Shown here: in pieces, positions 39,737 to 50,664 of the stretch
Numbering within the stretch: position 1 is the first letter of the stretch
Layout of the letters: each line of letters starts with the position of its first letter
Assembly: GCA_038141355.1 (NCBI GenBank)
Contig: JAYQHX010000002.1
Coordinates: 613,073 to 677,072, forward strand
Reading direction: 5' to 3'
DNA: 64,000 nt
Origin: Methanobacteriota archaeon
GTDB taxonomy: Archaea; Thermoplasmatota; Poseidoniia; Poseidoniales; Poseidoniaceae
Made by a program: the position numbers and the translations under genes
Notes under the pieces: generated by a model
The model's database searches: none
What the model was told of the DNA's origin: nothing
The model's input: the letters and a program-made list of their open reading frames with translations, nothing else

Positions 39737-41086
39737 TCACCTCACAAATATTTCAGATAAAATATTCTCAATTTTATCCATTGCTTCTTTTTCAGAATCA
39801 GCCGACAAATCATCGATTGGAATTTGGCCTCCCGCCATTACTTTGTGTCCACCTGCCGTTCCTTCAGGGAATGTTTCGGCAAGTATCTTTCCAATATTGA
39901 TTGAATTATCTGATGATCTCGCAGATAGTATTACTTTGTTTCTTCTTATTCCATATGCAACGACAATTGTGACACCTTCTGTAGGAAGAAGGAAATCAGC
40001 AACTTGTGATAAAGCGTCTCTATTTGCCATTTCATAAATTGGTGCTAAAGCGAGATTTCCAATAATTTTCAAATCGTTCAATCCATTTTTGAAAATTTCC
40101 AACACTTCAAGAGTTCTGGGAGGGCTTTCGAATGAACGCAATAACTCCCAGTCTACATGTTTGTTCAACCATGAAAGTGCTTTCAAATCAACTTCGTTGA
40201 ATGACCTAGTAAATCCAAGCGTATCAGTCCTAATCCCAAATGCTAGAGCCGTTGCGATTTCTGGACTAATCTCAATATTAGAATTCATTGCTATTGTTGC
40301 TACTAGTGAGGATGTAGCAGCAAACTCAGGTCTTACCAGTACAAGTTCTCCCGGGGGCCTAGTCTCTGAAAGATGATGGTCGATTATTATTGTTGGAATA
40401 AAGTACTCTGGTAAGACATTATTTGCTCCAGACTTGTTGAAATCTACACAGATTACAATATCAGAGGTTTGTAAAAGATCATCAATTTCCCATGAAAGTA
40501 TTATCCTTCTCAAATCTAGTTCCAATAACTTGACCATTCCAATGTTTTGTTGGTGCTCGATAAGACCACCATGGGCGATTGTCACCTTCTGTCCAATCGA
40601 GTCACAGATTTGCTTTATTGCCATGGCGCTTGCTAGTGAATCGGGGTCCGGATTATCATGACAGACTATCAATACATTAGCGTCAGGATTCATCTTTAAT
40701 CTTCTTACTACATCTGTTGCTCCCTGATTTCTATCGATGCTTTTTAGTTTATTTTTTAATAATTGAATCATTAAATTATTTACCGAAATAAATTCAGAAT
40801 TTTCTATTTCTATTGTTGATAAAATAGGCGTATTGGGCCAAATTTCTTTCAATTCCTTTCCAGGATTGTCGTCACAGATTATTTCCTCCAAAATAACGAC
40901 AGCAGTAGGTTCTAGGTCGGGTAAAGGCATCTCATTCAATTCCATTTCAGTGGGTAAAGTCACAATTTCTACATTTGGAATACCTTTCAGTTGGTCTGCT
41001 AATCCAATAAGCCTAACACGTGATGTTGTTCCAATCCATTCTGCTAACTCAATAGCAACATCATCAGAGCCAAAGATCACAAACAT
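39737..41086 (-). CDS. DHH/DHHA1 phosphoesterase (NrnA-like) with an extra N-terminal domain
   Basis: It has the motifs CHDNPDPDSLAS, IIIDHH and GGHKVMAGGQ. Confidence 0.8.
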   Translation of the reverse strand: MFVIFGSDDVAIELAEWIGTTSRVRLIGLADQLKGIPNVEIVTLPTEMELNEMPLPDLEPTAVVILEEIICDDNPGKELKEIWPNTPILSTIEIENSEFISVNNLMIQLLKNKLKSIDRNQGATDVVRRLKMNPDANVLIVCHDNPDPDSLASAMAIKQICDSIGQKVTIAHGGLIEHQQNIGMVKLLELDLRRIILSWEIDDLLQTSDIVICVDFNKSGANNVLPEYFIPTIIIDHHLSETRPPGELVLVRPEFAATSSLVATIAMNSNIEISPEIATALAFGIRTDTLGFTRSFNEVDLKALSWLNKHVDWELLRSFESPPRTLEVLEIFKNGLNDLKIIGNLALAPIYEMANRDALSQVADFLLPTEGVTIVVAYGIRRNKVILSARSSDNSINIGKILAETFPEGTAGGHKVMAGGQIPIDDLSADSEKEAMDKIENILSEIFVR

Positions 41087-41087
41087 T

Positions 41088-41882
41088 TCAGTTCACCATT
41101 TTATCTAGGACAGCAAATAAATCGTGATGTTCTCTTACATCGTGAACTCGTATCACATCGATGCCTTTTGAAAATGCTTCAGATGCAATGGCTAGGGTTC
41201 CAGCGAGACGATTTTCAGTTTGTTCCTGTTCGCATATTTGACCAATCATAGATTTTCTTGAAACTCCCCATAAAATCTGATACGGTCTGAGTTCAAGGCT
41301 GTTCTTCAATAAGTCAACATTGTGTTGTAATAATTTACCAAAACCAATTCCTGGGTCAAGAAAAATCTTCTCAATAGGATGACCTCGGTCAACTAACTCA
41401 TCAGCTTTGTTTTTCAAAAAAGAAAACACTTCAGAACATACATCATCATAATTTGGATTGTTTTGCATATTTCCCGGTTCTCCAAGCATATGCATTATGC
41501 AAACACTGCATCCCTTTTCCAATACCAGGTCGGCCATTCTGCTGTCCCGTAAGCCACTGACATCATTTAGCATCTTTGCACCGTTTTCGATTGCTATTTT
41601 TGCGACATCATAATTTCTTGTGTCAACTGAAACATTGGTATATTTTGAAATCTCTTGGATGATTGGTAAAATCCTCCTTATCTCTTCTTCTATAGAAATA
41701 GGTTCAGACCCTGGGCGTGTCGATTCTCCGCCAATATCGATCCAATCAGCACCATTTTCAATCATGGATTTGGCCATTTGGATAGTTCCGTTTCGAGAGT
41801 CTGAATGAAAAGAGTCTGGGGTCGCATTAATGATCCCCATTATCGACGGCCGGCAATTCTCACGACCTCCATAGACTGCCAT
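41088..41882 (-). CDS. folP: Dihydropteroate synthase. The ATG at 41882 is preferred; the track ORF extends to 41969.
   Basis: It contains IMGIINATPDSFHSDSR, DIGGESTRPG, DPGIGFGK and RVHDV. Confidence 0.88.
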   Translation of the reverse strand: MAVYGGRENCRPSIMGIINATPDSFHSDSRNGTIQMAKSMIENGADWIDIGGESTRPGSEPISIEEEIRRILPIIQEISKYTNVSVDTRNYDVAKIAIENGAKMLNDVSGLRDSRMADLVLEKGCSVCIMHMLGEPGNMQNNPNYDDVCSEVFSFLKNKADELVDRGHPIEKIFLDPGIGFGKLLQHNVDLLKNSLELRPYQILWGVSRKSMIGQICEQEQTENRLAGTLAIASEAFSKGIDVIRVHDVREHHDLFAVLDKMVN

Positions 41883-41937
41883 GTTGAACCCCGTGGCTGC
41901 GAGAGGTTTTATGACATGTGGGGTGTCAGGTGTCGCT

Positions 41938-42579
41938 ATGTCTGAGGATTTACTCGCGGATAATGACACCGTGGGTCACATCTCAGATGGCCAGTTAGAA
42001 GAGCCATCTGAGGAATCATTGGAGTTAGCTGAACGTATTATTGTAAGGCTGAGGCCACCTTCTAGAGTAGCAATATCGAAGATGATACATACCAAAGCAA
42101 AAATGGTTGGTGGGATTTTAGCAGGCTATGCTGTGTTTTGGTGGTTAGCTGTTCTACAAATTGACGATGAAACAGTATTTACCTCGATATTTTTCGGGCC
42201 AGATTTCTTAGCAATAACAATCATTGCACCTGCCCTGATATTCCTTGGTTCATTATTTGAGAACATTAGTCGTGAATTGGGGCAGTTATTCCCCGGTTTA
42301 GCCCACGGAATAATGTTCGTAATGGCTGTGCTGTATACCTTTGAGCCACTAATTAGAGGCGTAGTCATGAGCGACCTTGATTCTGGTGATGCTATTTGGA
42401 AGACAACAAGGCTAGCGATTCTTTGTTTGACTATCCTAATTGCTGCTAGAATGTTGATTGATGCTTGGTTGCTTAGATGGGTCAAGGTGTTTATGGAAAA
42501 CAATCCTGACCTTGATTTCTCTGATGCCGGACACGATTTAATCGAAGCCGAAGATGCATCTTTAGAAACCGAGAGTTGA
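41938..42579 (+). CDS. Hypothetical membrane protein (start uncertain, 41881 or 41938)
   Basis: Acidic N- and C-termini flank about 4 TM helices. The antisense 288-aa ORF is Ser-rich and judged spurious. Confidence 0.5.
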   Translation: MSEDLLADNDTVGHISDGQLEEPSEESLELAERIIVRLRPPSRVAISKMIHTKAKMVGGILAGYAVFWWLAVLQIDDETVFTSIFFGPDFLAITIIAPALIFLGSLFENISRELGQLFPGLAHGIMFVMAVLYTFEPLIRGVVMSDLDSGDAIWKTTRLAILCLTILIAARMLIDAWLLRWVKVFMENNPDLDFSDAGHDLIEAEDASLETES

Positions 42580-42603
42580 AACCCAATATACCCTCGGATA
42601 AAT

Positions 42604-43134
42604 ATGGCCGAAAGGTTTGATGTGCTTAGATTAGGATATCGAAAAGGAAGAGATCCTAGAATTACAACGCATCTAGCTCTGGTTTCAAGAGCACTAGGGG
42701 CCGACGGTTTTTTCTTATCTGGCGATGAAGATGAAGATTTATTTTCAAACCTTTCATCAGTTTCAGAGCGGTTCGGAGGAAGTATCGAAACTAAACATGT
42801 CAAAGGAATGTCTGCATTAAAAAACCATATTGACAAGGGAGGGGTAGCGGTCCACCTGACTATGTATGGCGAGCCATATCGAAACGCCATTCCAACGATA
42901 AGAAGGGACAAACCAATCATGATTGTTGTTGGCGGTGCAAAAGTTCCAGGGGAGGTATTCAAGTTGTGCCAACACAATGTTGCAGTGGGCAATCAACCAC
43001 ATTCTGAAGTAGCCGCTTTAGCACTGTTTATGGAGGCTTGGTTTGGCGATTCAGGAACGGACAGAAACTTCGAAAATGCTCGGCTTGTTATCGAAGGAAC
43101 TAACAAAGGCAAGATAGTCCACGAAAACGAGTGA
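42604..43134 (+). CDS. trm56: tRNA (cytidine56-2'-O)-methyltransferase aTrm56 (SPOUT)
   Basis: It contains LRLGYRKGRDPRITTHLALVSRALGADG and VHLTMYG...VAVGNQPHSEVAALALF. Confidence 0.88.
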   Translation: MAERFDVLRLGYRKGRDPRITTHLALVSRALGADGFFLSGDEDEDLFSNLSSVSERFGGSIETKHVKGMSALKNHIDKGGVAVHLTMYGEPYRNAIPTIRRDKPIMIVVGGAKVPGEVFKLCQHNVAVGNQPHSEVAALALFMEAWFGDSGTDRNFENARLVIEGTNKGKIVHENE

Positions 43135-43198
43135 TTTTTCTTTTGGTAATCAATTACTTACTAAAAATACATCGTCACAATTTTTCTTATGATTAAGG

Positions 43199-44554
43199 TT
43201 GATTCGTCCATTTGTATGGAAATATGCATCTTTGCCAATAATTATGACCCCTATAGAATCAGCAAAATTGATGTCAGGGGTGTGGTCACAGAAAGGCGAT
43301 ACCTCATTGGGCGACAAAATATCTCTCGTTGATGCCACCGATGGGATTGCACATGGGGGCGAAATCCCTGAATCTGCTTCCGGTGAAGGAGTTCTTTTAT
43401 TGGCAGATGGTAGCCGTTTTGTTGGTCGATTATTCGGAGCAAAAGCGTGGGGCCAAGGAGAATTGGTTTTCACAACTGGGATGACAGGTTATCAAGAATC
43501 TCTAACAGATCCATCATTTGCTGGCCAAGTACTAACCTTCACTTATCCATTGATTGGAAATTACGGGATTCATGCAGATACAAGTGAATCAGCAGCGGTT
43601 TGGCCGAGAGGTGTTGTAGTTAGGCAAGCGATGAAGAATCCAGACCATCGCGATTCAATTGCTAGCATTAGTGATTTTCTTGCCTTCCATAATGTTCCGG
43701 GTATTGAAGAAATAGATACTCGTGCAATCACGAAGAAAGTTAGAGAATATGGGTGTTTACTCTGCGTATTTGGCCCCGTCGAAGAAGAAGCTCAAATGGC
43801 ATCTTATCTCAACGACATGAAATCTCCTGAATTAGATGATTTAGTCGATGAAGTGTCAATAAATGAGCCAGTAATTGTAAATCAAGGAGCAACCGATAAT
43901 TTGGGCCGCCCACTACCTCGAATAGCAGCGATTGATTGTGGGATTAAATACAATATTTTGCGAAGTTTATGCAATTATTTCGAAGTAGTTTGGTGCCCTC
44001 CTAGTATGAGTTTTGACCAGGTAAAATCGTATGACATCGTTGCATTATTTTGCTCAAATGGTCCAGGTGACCCAGCACACCCCGGTAAAGCAACAAACGC
44101 TAGAAACACTCTCGCAGCAGCCGTTAAGGATGATTTGCCGGTGATGGGTATCTGTTTAGGTCATCAATTGCTAGGTTTGGCGAGTGGTTTACAGACGTAC
44201 AAAATGAGATACGGACATAGAGGTGCGAATCAACCCTGTGTGGATTTACAATCTGGCCGAGTTTGGATTACTAGCCAGAACCATGGTTTCGCTGTTGCAG
44301 ACCCTGAAGCGGGAATGCTTGCAGCTCACCCTTCAGGAGCATGCTCTCCAAAGGGTGAAAATCTTCACGGGGCTTCACCTATTGTCAGATTTGTAAATGC
44401 AAATGATAGAACAGTCGAAGGTTTAGATTTGGAAAACAAATCTGTTTTCACGGTCCAATTCCACCCTGAAGCCGCTCCAGGGCCTCACGATGCCTATCCC
44501 CTATTTTCGAGATTCAGAGAAATGGTTGATGCTCATTATGGAGGTGGTAGATAA
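43199..44554 (+). CDS. carA: Carbamoyl-phosphate synthase small (glutaminase) subunit; the start is uncertain
   Basis: It contains VFTTGMTGYQESLTDPSFAGQ, GICLGHQLL and FHPEA. Confidence 0.92.
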   Translation: MIRPFVWKYASLPIIMTPIESAKLMSGVWSQKGDTSLGDKISLVDATDGIAHGGEIPESASGEGVLLLADGSRFVGRLFGAKAWGQGELVFTTGMTGYQESLTDPSFAGQVLTFTYPLIGNYGIHADTSESAAVWPRGVVVRQAMKNPDHRDSIASISDFLAFHNVPGIEEIDTRAITKKVREYGCLLCVFGPVEEEAQMASYLNDMKSPELDDLVDEVSINEPVIVNQGATDNLGRPLPRIAAIDCGIKYNILRSLCNYFEVVWCPPSMSFDQVKSYDIVALFCSNGPGDPAHPGKATNARNTLAAAVKDDLPVMGICLGHQLLGLASGLQTYKMRYGHRGANQPCVDLQSGRVWITSQNHGFAVADPEAGMLAAHPSGACSPKGENLHGASPIVRFVNANDRTVEGLDLENKSVFTVQFHPEAAPGPHDAYPLFSRFREMVDAHYGGGR

Positions 44555-47500
44555 TGCCAAGAAGAGATGACCTTGAAACAATCATGGTTCTTGGTTCTGG
44601 TCCAATTAAGATAGGTCAAGCGGCTGAATTCGATTTCAGTGGTTCTCAAGCAGTTCAGGCACTACGAGAAGATGGATACAAAGTTATACTTGTAAATTCG
44701 AATCCCGCAACTATACAAAACGACCCTGAAATGGCGGATAAGGTGTACATAGAGCCTTTACTCCCTGATACTATCAAGCGAATTTTGGAAGTTGAAAGGC
44801 CAGATGCACTGCTTGCTGGTATGGGCGGTCAGACTGCACTAAACATCGCAAGTGAATTAGCACATGCTGGAGTTTTGGATGAGTTGAATGTTGAGTTGAT
44901 AGGTTCTGATTTGGATGCTATTGACAAAGCCGAAGATAGAGATTTATTCAATCAAGTATGTTTGGAAATAGGCTTGCCAATCTCTGAAGCATTGGCATGT
45001 AATTCAATGGATGAAGTATTAGCAGCAGCTGATGCGATTGGTAGCTGGCCAATCTTGATCAGACCTGCCTTCACATTGGGTGGTTTAGGAGGAGGTACTG
45101 CATGGAATACAGGCGAGTTAGTAGAAATAGCGACCCTTGGATTGAGAAATAGCAGAATTGGGCAGGTCTTAATCGAAGAGAGTATCCTTGGCTGGCAGGA
45201 GTATGAATACGAAGTAATGAGAGATACTGCAGACAATGCAACTATCGTATGTACCATGGAAAATATCGACCCTATGGGAGTTCACACAGGGGAATCCACA
45301 GTTGTTGCACCCGTTCAATCACTGTCTGATAGAGATCACATGGAACTAAGGGATATGTCTCTTTCATTGATTAGAAAACTGAATATCAAAGGCGGTTGCA
45401 ATGTTCAATTTGCTGTAAATCAATCAACAGGAGAAGTTAGAGTTATCGAAGTAAATCCTCGTGTATCTCGTTCTTCTGCATTAGCATCCAAAGCAACAGG
45501 ATATCCAATTGCTAGAATGGCTGCGAAAATTGCTGTTGGCTATACCTTAGATGAATTGCCTAATCCTATCACCGGTGAAGGTACAACTGCGGCATTTGAA
45601 CCAACATTGGATTATTGCGTTGTAAAGATACCTAGATGGCCTTTCGATAAATTCAGAACTGCCAATAGAACATTGGGTACATCAATGAAGTCAACAGGTG
45701 AAGTAATGGCTATCGGTAGATGCTTTGAAGAGGCTTTCTTGAAGGCTTGGGCATCACTTGAACAAGGCTCACACTATCCGAGGCCACTAACCAGAGCCGA
45801 CGAATCTGAAGGAGAAGGAATGGTCGAAAGAGCTCTGGAAATTCTTCCAGATGAAACTCTCATCAATTGGCTTAGAATTGCCACCGATAGAAGAATGGGT
45901 GCAGTAATTGAAGCGTTCAGAAGAGGGTGGAGTATTGAAAATGTATATGAAATTACGAGAATTACAAGGTGGTTCTTGTATGGATTTGAGAAAATAGCAA
46001 AAACAGAGTTAGAAATTGTAAATGCTTCATGTCTTCCTCAGCACTTAACTTCTGACCAGTTGAGAAGATGGAAAAGCCTAGGATTCTCTGACGCACACAT
46101 TGCAGATGCTTTGCTATCATTCCCTTCAGACAAATTAAAATCTGCAGGAACTGATGAAAATGAGCAGGCTGTTATGAAGGCTAGGCACATGCATTCAGTC
46201 CATCCGATTTTTAGGATGGTAGATTCATGTGCTGCAGAATTTGCTGCAAAAACACCTTATTATTATTCTACATATGAGCCAAACGGACATTCTGGAATAG
46301 ATTATCTTCCGAATCTGGAAAAGCGAACTAAGACAAGACAAGTAGTGATTGGATCTGGACCAATTAGAATCGGTCAAGGAATTGAATTTGATTACGGATG
46401 CGTACACGCTGTAAAAGCGATTAGAGAAGCAGGCATGGATGCAGTATTGATGAACAATAACCCCGAAACGGTTTCTACTGACTTTGATACATCTGACAGG
46501 CTATATTTCGAACCTCTGACGATTGAGTATGTCACTGAGGTTTTACTTAGAGAACAAGCACACGGTATATTGTTGCAATTCGGAGGTCAAACCGCGATAA
46601 ATCTTGCATTACCTTTGGAGAAGAGATTAACAGTTTTGGATTTGAGTTTGCAGATTTTAGGAACTACTTGTGATGCTATTGATGAGGCAAGTGATAGAGA
46701 AAGGTTTGAAGAATTTGCTTCCAAACATGGAATTAGAATGCCAAAAGGTTCGACGGGCACTTCTCCTGATGATGTAAGGAATATCGTTGAGGAAATAGGA
46801 TATCCAGTTTTGATTAGACCGTCTTACGTTTTAGGCGGTCGAGGTATGGAAATCTTGTCAAATGAAAAACAACTCAATGCTTATTTGGCTGAGGCGTTTT
46901 TAGCGCCCGATAAGCCATTGTTGGTTGACGAATACTTAGGTCATGCAATTGAATTGGATGTTGATGCTGCGGCCGATGGGGAAAATGTACTGATTGGTGC
47001 TATTATGGAGCACCTAGAAGAAGCAGGAATTCATTCTGGAGACTCGACTTGCTTTATTCCAACTCAAAATATATCTAAACCTATGTTGGAAAGAGTCAGA
47101 GAACAAACCAAGAAAATAGGTTTGGGATTGAAAATAAAGGGATGCTTCAATATTCAATTCGCAATACAGGGAGATGACCTTTATTGTCTTGAAGTAAATC
47201 CTAGGTCAAGCAGAACCGTTCCATTCGTTGCAAAGGCAACAGGAGTTCCGATGGCAAGGATTGCTGCTAGAGTGACACTAGGAATAAAATTGAATGAACA
47301 AATTATTCCTAAGGCAACATCGGGCCATATTTCAGTGAAAGCTCCAGTTTTCCCATTCATCAAATTGCAAGGATTAGATCCCGCGCCAGGACCCGAAATG
47401 AAGTCTACTGGGGAAGTTTATGGTTCTGACACAAGAGCAGATGTTGCTTATTTGAAAGCAAGACTAGCTACTGAAATACCTGTGGCATCAGAAGGTGGTG

Positions 47501-47889
47501 CATATCTAACGGTTAGAGATGGTGACAAAGATGGCATTATCGAAGTTGCCAGAGAACTGGATAATATGGGCTTCAAATTGTATGATACACCAGGCACGGC
47601 TGATTCGATCAGAAATTCCGGCATTGACGTAATGACTGTTTATCTAATTTCTGAAAGAAAGCATCCTGATGCTTTAGATTTGATGAGAAACGGTGAAGTA
47701 TCATTCATTGTAAATGTGCCAACAGTTTCTGGTGGTGCAGTCAGGGATGGAAATATGATGAGGAGATTAGCCGTTGAAATGAACATACCATTTGTAACTA
47801 CTATGTCAGGTGCAAGAATGGAAGTCGCAGCGATTAGAGCGATTAGAGAAGTAGATTTACAGCCAATGCGTCTGAAAGTAAACTATTGA
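44554..47889 (+). CDS. carB: Carbamoyl-phosphate synthase large subunit
   Basis: 1111 aa with duplicated ATP-grasp halves (GSGPIKIGQAAEFDFSG / GSGPIRIGQGIEFDYG) and a C-terminal MGS-like domain. There is an ATGA overlap with carA. Confidence 0.96.
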   Translation: MPRRDDLETIMVLGSGPIKIGQAAEFDFSGSQAVQALREDGYKVILVNSNPATIQNDPEMADKVYIEPLLPDTIKRILEVERPDALLAGMGGQTALNIASELAHAGVLDELNVELIGSDLDAIDKAEDRDLFNQVCLEIGLPISEALACNSMDEVLAAADAIGSWPILIRPAFTLGGLGGGTAWNTGELVEIATLGLRNSRIGQVLIEESILGWQEYEYEVMRDTADNATIVCTMENIDPMGVHTGESTVVAPVQSLSDRDHMELRDMSLSLIRKLNIKGGCNVQFAVNQSTGEVRVIEVNPRVSRSSALASKATGYPIARMAAKIAVGYTLDELPNPITGEGTTAAFEPTLDYCVVKIPRWPFDKFRTANRTLGTSMKSTGEVMAIGRCFEEAFLKAWASLEQGSHYPRPLTRADESEGEGMVERALEILPDETLINWLRIATDRRMGAVIEAFRRGWSIENVYEITRITRWFLYGFEKIAKTELEIVNASCLPQHLTSDQLRRWKSLGFSDAHIADALLSFPSDKLKSAGTDENEQAVMKARHMHSVHPIFRMVDSCAAEFAAKTPYYYSTYEPNGHSGIDYLPNLEKRTKTRQVVIGSGPIRIGQGIEFDYGCVHAVKAIREAGMDAVLMNNNPETVSTDFDTSDRLYFEPLTIEYVTEVLLREQAHGILLQFGGQTAINLALPLEKRLTVLDLSLQILGTTCDAIDEASDRERFEEFASKHGIRMPKGSTGTSPDDVRNIVEEIGYPVLIRPSYVLGGRGMEILSNEKQLNAYLAEAFLAPDKPLLVDEYLGHAIELDVDAAADGENVLIGAIMEHLEEAGIHSGDSTCFIPTQNISKPMLERVREQTKKIGLGLKIKGCFNIQFAIQGDDLYCLEVNPRSSRTVPFVAKATGVPMARIAARVTLGIKLNEQIIPKATSGHISVKAPVFPFIKLQGLDPAPGPEMKSTGEVYGSDTRADVAYLKARLATEIPVASEGGAYLTVRDGDKDGIIEVARELDNMGFKLYDTPGTADSIRNSGIDVMTVYLISERKHPDALDLMRNGEVSFIVNVPTVSGGAVRDGNMMRRLAVEMNIPFVTTMSGARMEVAAIRAIREVDLQPMRLKVNY

Positions 47890-49104
47890 TCAACAAGCGT
47901 CATACGCTTCAATAATGTACTCAGTTAATGGGCTGGTCCAGGCTAGTTCACTGATACCATCTCTTCCTTCAGCAGAATAAACTCTAACAATATCTTGTAC
48001 GCGGACATTTCCTTCACTAGACCTTGCTACGATTGTCTTTGGTTTCAACGCCTTGCCAGTTCCATGAGGGTCGTAAATAGTGTCTAAGGCTTCGGCTAAG
48101 AACCAATCTGGTTTATCTGCAGCATCACCTTCAAAGGTTTTCTTAGGTCGTTTTGCTCCACCGAACAAGCCACCTCCTCCACCGGTTTTCTTTGGTTTAT
48201 CCTTCTTCACTGGCTCGGATTTTGTTTTTGCTTCTATCTTAGGAGCGCTAGTTTCTTTCTTTGCAACACTTTGGCCCTTCATTTCAGCCTCTAGTTCTGC
48301 ACGAATTTCCTTCTCTAAATTCTTCCTCAAAGCATCCTCGTCAACGCTAGATTCGCCTTTCTTCATATTTTCAATAACGGTTAGGTAATGTGAGGCAACC
48401 TGGATAAGTGCAGTTTCCATACTCGCCTCGAGTTGCATTGAAACCACATCACCAGAGGAATCGCGCCATTTTCTCCATTGAAGCATAGTATTTGCGTGGA
48501 TGTCTGAACCACATTTTGGACAGAATGACCTCTTCGGAGGTTTCAAAACAGGAATTGAACGCATTGCTTCGGGGTCTATGCCTTCATGTTCTCCGCTTGA
48601 AACATCATGAATGTGAGTACTCGCTTTCATGCCCAACTCCATCGCATCTCTGAACATTCCTTCTTTCAAATCAAGTGTGCCTTGTTGGACTAATACCCAA
48701 CCATCTGTGCCTCGGACAGTCGCTCTTACTGCCGCAGCAGCAGCTTCAGATTCCCCAAACTTATAATCAGTGAAAACTGAACTAGTGGGGGCTTCAACAT
48801 CTTCTTCATCGATACCTCCTGAGTCATCATCATCTGCTGGAGCAGCGATTCCGAGTAAAATTGGATTAGCTCCCTCTTCTACCTTTGCAATCATATCGAA
48901 TTTTTCTGCCATAGAAAGGTCGTCTCTAGCCCTTATTACATCTTTGAGTTGATTTAGATCGTGACCTGTTGCCGTAATTGGACCTCTGACCGTTAAGTCA
49001 TTGCCACATGATAAACAGAACTTTGTCGCAGGTTCGACTGCTGACTCACAACTTGGACAATACACCCCGCCCATGATTGGGCAGCGAGGGTAGGACCCTT
49101 TCAA
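47890..49104 (-). CDS. Hypothetical protein with two zinc-ribbon motifs and a Lys/Gly-rich linker
   Basis: It contains CPSCES...CLSCGN and CPKCGS. I recognise no family. Confidence 0.5.
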   Translation of the reverse strand: MKGSYPRCPIMGGVYCPSCESAVEPATKFCLSCGNDLTVRGPITATGHDLNQLKDVIRARDDLSMAEKFDMIAKVEEGANPILLGIAAPADDDDSGGIDEEDVEAPTSSVFTDYKFGESEAAAAAVRATVRGTDGWVLVQQGTLDLKEGMFRDAMELGMKASTHIHDVSSGEHEGIDPEAMRSIPVLKPPKRSFCPKCGSDIHANTMLQWRKWRDSSGDVVSMQLEASMETALIQVASHYLTVIENMKKGESSVDEDALRKNLEKEIRAELEAEMKGQSVAKKETSAPKIEAKTKSEPVKKDKPKKTGGGGGLFGGAKRPKKTFEGDAADKPDWFLAEALDTIYDPHGTGKALKPKTIVARSSEGNVRVQDIVRVYSAEGRDGISELAWTSPLTEYIIEAYDAC

Positions 49105-49150
49105 TCGTGCGGTTCAGATACTACGTATCTGTACTAGTTTAGAGACTAAC

Positions 49151-50656
49151 CTATTCGAGCAAAGACAAAACTTTCTCTCTTGGTAATTCGCTCAAAATCG
49201 GGGCTAATTTAGGGCCTTTCTCCTTTCCTAATGTAGCAAGGTATAATGTTCTATAGCAATCTCTCGCTGAAAATTCATTATCTGCAATTGCAAGATTAAT
49301 TGCGGCAGAAATCGAATCTGAACCCCAATCGCAAGTTGACAATGTGGTCTTTAGTGCAATTACGATTTGTGAATCGAGGCTAGAATTAGGTTCTTCTAGA
49401 ATTTGAATTTTCAATTCCTCAGGGAAATGTGGGCCACTGATCCAATTCTTCATTCTCTCTAGTTTGCCGATATTTTCATTTCCAATAACGGTTAAAATCT
49501 CCTCGTCACTCTTTATCTGTGCTAAAAGGGCAAGATGTCTAAATGAAGTATTAGATGATTCATGATGTGAAATTTTACTCATTCTTAGTGCTCCTTCAAC
49601 GTCTTCTATCGCGACTTTCTGCCTTCTTGATAGTGATGCATCCAATAACTCAGTCTCCAAATCCCTAGAAATTTCTCTTTCGTATTCATCTGCTAATTCG
49701 ACCAAAGACATTCCAGCATCAAAGGTAATTGCTTTCTTAGGTTTTGTTGAAGCGATTAGATATCGGAGAATTTCTGGGGGAACTAAATCTAAAGCTTCTA
49801 GTGGCCCAATCGTGTTTCCACTAGAGGAAGACATAGCGCCCTGTCCTCTCAAAGAAATCCATTCGTACACTAGAGGTTCAACAGGAATATCACCAAATAA
49901 TTTTGAGATTTCAATGCCTGTGTCATAAGACCCACCTGCTGCACCATGGTCTTTCCCAAATGGTTCACAAGTTATACCAATCCATCCCCATCTTGCTGGC
50001 CAATCGATGCGCCATGGTAGTTTCCCTTGGGCTGTGTTGAGGTCAGATTTACCTGGGACTCCATTTTGTTCCCAATGAACAAAAGGCCACTCATAACCAG
50101 TTACCGTCACACCGTCTAAACTTCCATCGTGACCAAATGGATTGTATGGGAACCAATTTTCAGGTAATTCTCTTCCACTGACTCTTTCTATGATTTCCCG
50201 TATGGTGTCTGCATTTTCACACGCAATTCTTGATTTCTCAGCAAATTTACCATCTGAATAGGATTGATAATTATCGATAATTCTGGGATTAACATCAATC
50301 TGTTCTAAGGCTTTTAGAAATGGTTCGAGAAAATGTTGGGCATATGACCTTCCATCATCACTTGGATTTCCATTTTCGTCTGGGGCAGGAATTAATGCCA
50401 AAGGACATCCAATGTACTTTTCATATTCGTCTGATAGAAATGGATACACCTTCCTTAGTGGGTCTGCTGAATCGACGATGAACACAGACTCCGCTTCCAT
50501 TCCTGCATCTCTACATGCTCTAGCAACCATGTCACCGGTTAGGATTTCTCTGAGGTGGCCGATGTGGAACTCACCACTCGGAGTTATTCCTGATGCGATG
50601 ATGTGTTTATTGCCGCGCTGCGCAAGTTTTTGCGCAGCAAAATCCGCCCAGTGCAT
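49151..50656 (-). CDS. lysK: Lysyl-tRNA synthetase, class I
   Basis: It begins MHWADFAAQKL and has the HIGH-type motif SGEFHIGHLRE. Length and architecture fit class I LysRS. Confidence 0.9.
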   Translation of the reverse strand: MHWADFAAQKLAQRGNKHIIASGITPSGEFHIGHLREILTGDMVARACRDAGMEAESVFIVDSADPLRKVYPFLSDEYEKYIGCPLALIPAPDENGNPSDDGRSYAQHFLEPFLKALEQIDVNPRIIDNYQSYSDGKFAEKSRIACENADTIREIIERVSGRELPENWFPYNPFGHDGSLDGVTVTGYEWPFVHWEQNGVPGKSDLNTAQGKLPWRIDWPARWGWIGITCEPFGKDHGAAGGSYDTGIEISKLFGDIPVEPLVYEWISLRGQGAMSSSSGNTIGPLEALDLVPPEILRYLIASTKPKKAITFDAGMSLVELADEYEREISRDLETELLDASLSRRQKVAIEDVEGALRMSKISHHESSNTSFRHLALLAQIKSDEEILTVIGNENIGKLERMKNWISGPHFPEELKIQILEEPNSSLDSQIVIALKTTLSTCDWGSDSISAAINLAIADNEFSARDCYRTLYLATLGKEKGPKLAPILSELPREKVLSLLE

Positions 50657-50664
50657 CCAATCAC

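Noticed and set aside
38996-39760. Two plus-strand ORFs (124 and 129 aa) opposite the TraB-like gene
   Set aside because: They have antisense Ser-rich composition, and the TraB motifs lie on the minus strand.
41883-41969. N-terminal 29-codon extension of folP, overlapping the divergent membrane-protein ORF
   Set aside because: DHPS homology starts after the internal Met. The extension would overlap the neighbouring gene and leave no promoter space.
42126-42992. 288-aa minus-strand ORF spanning the membrane protein and aTrm56 genes
   Set aside because: It crosses an intergenic gap and two well-supported plus-strand genes. Its Ser/Pro-rich composition is typical of antisense frames.
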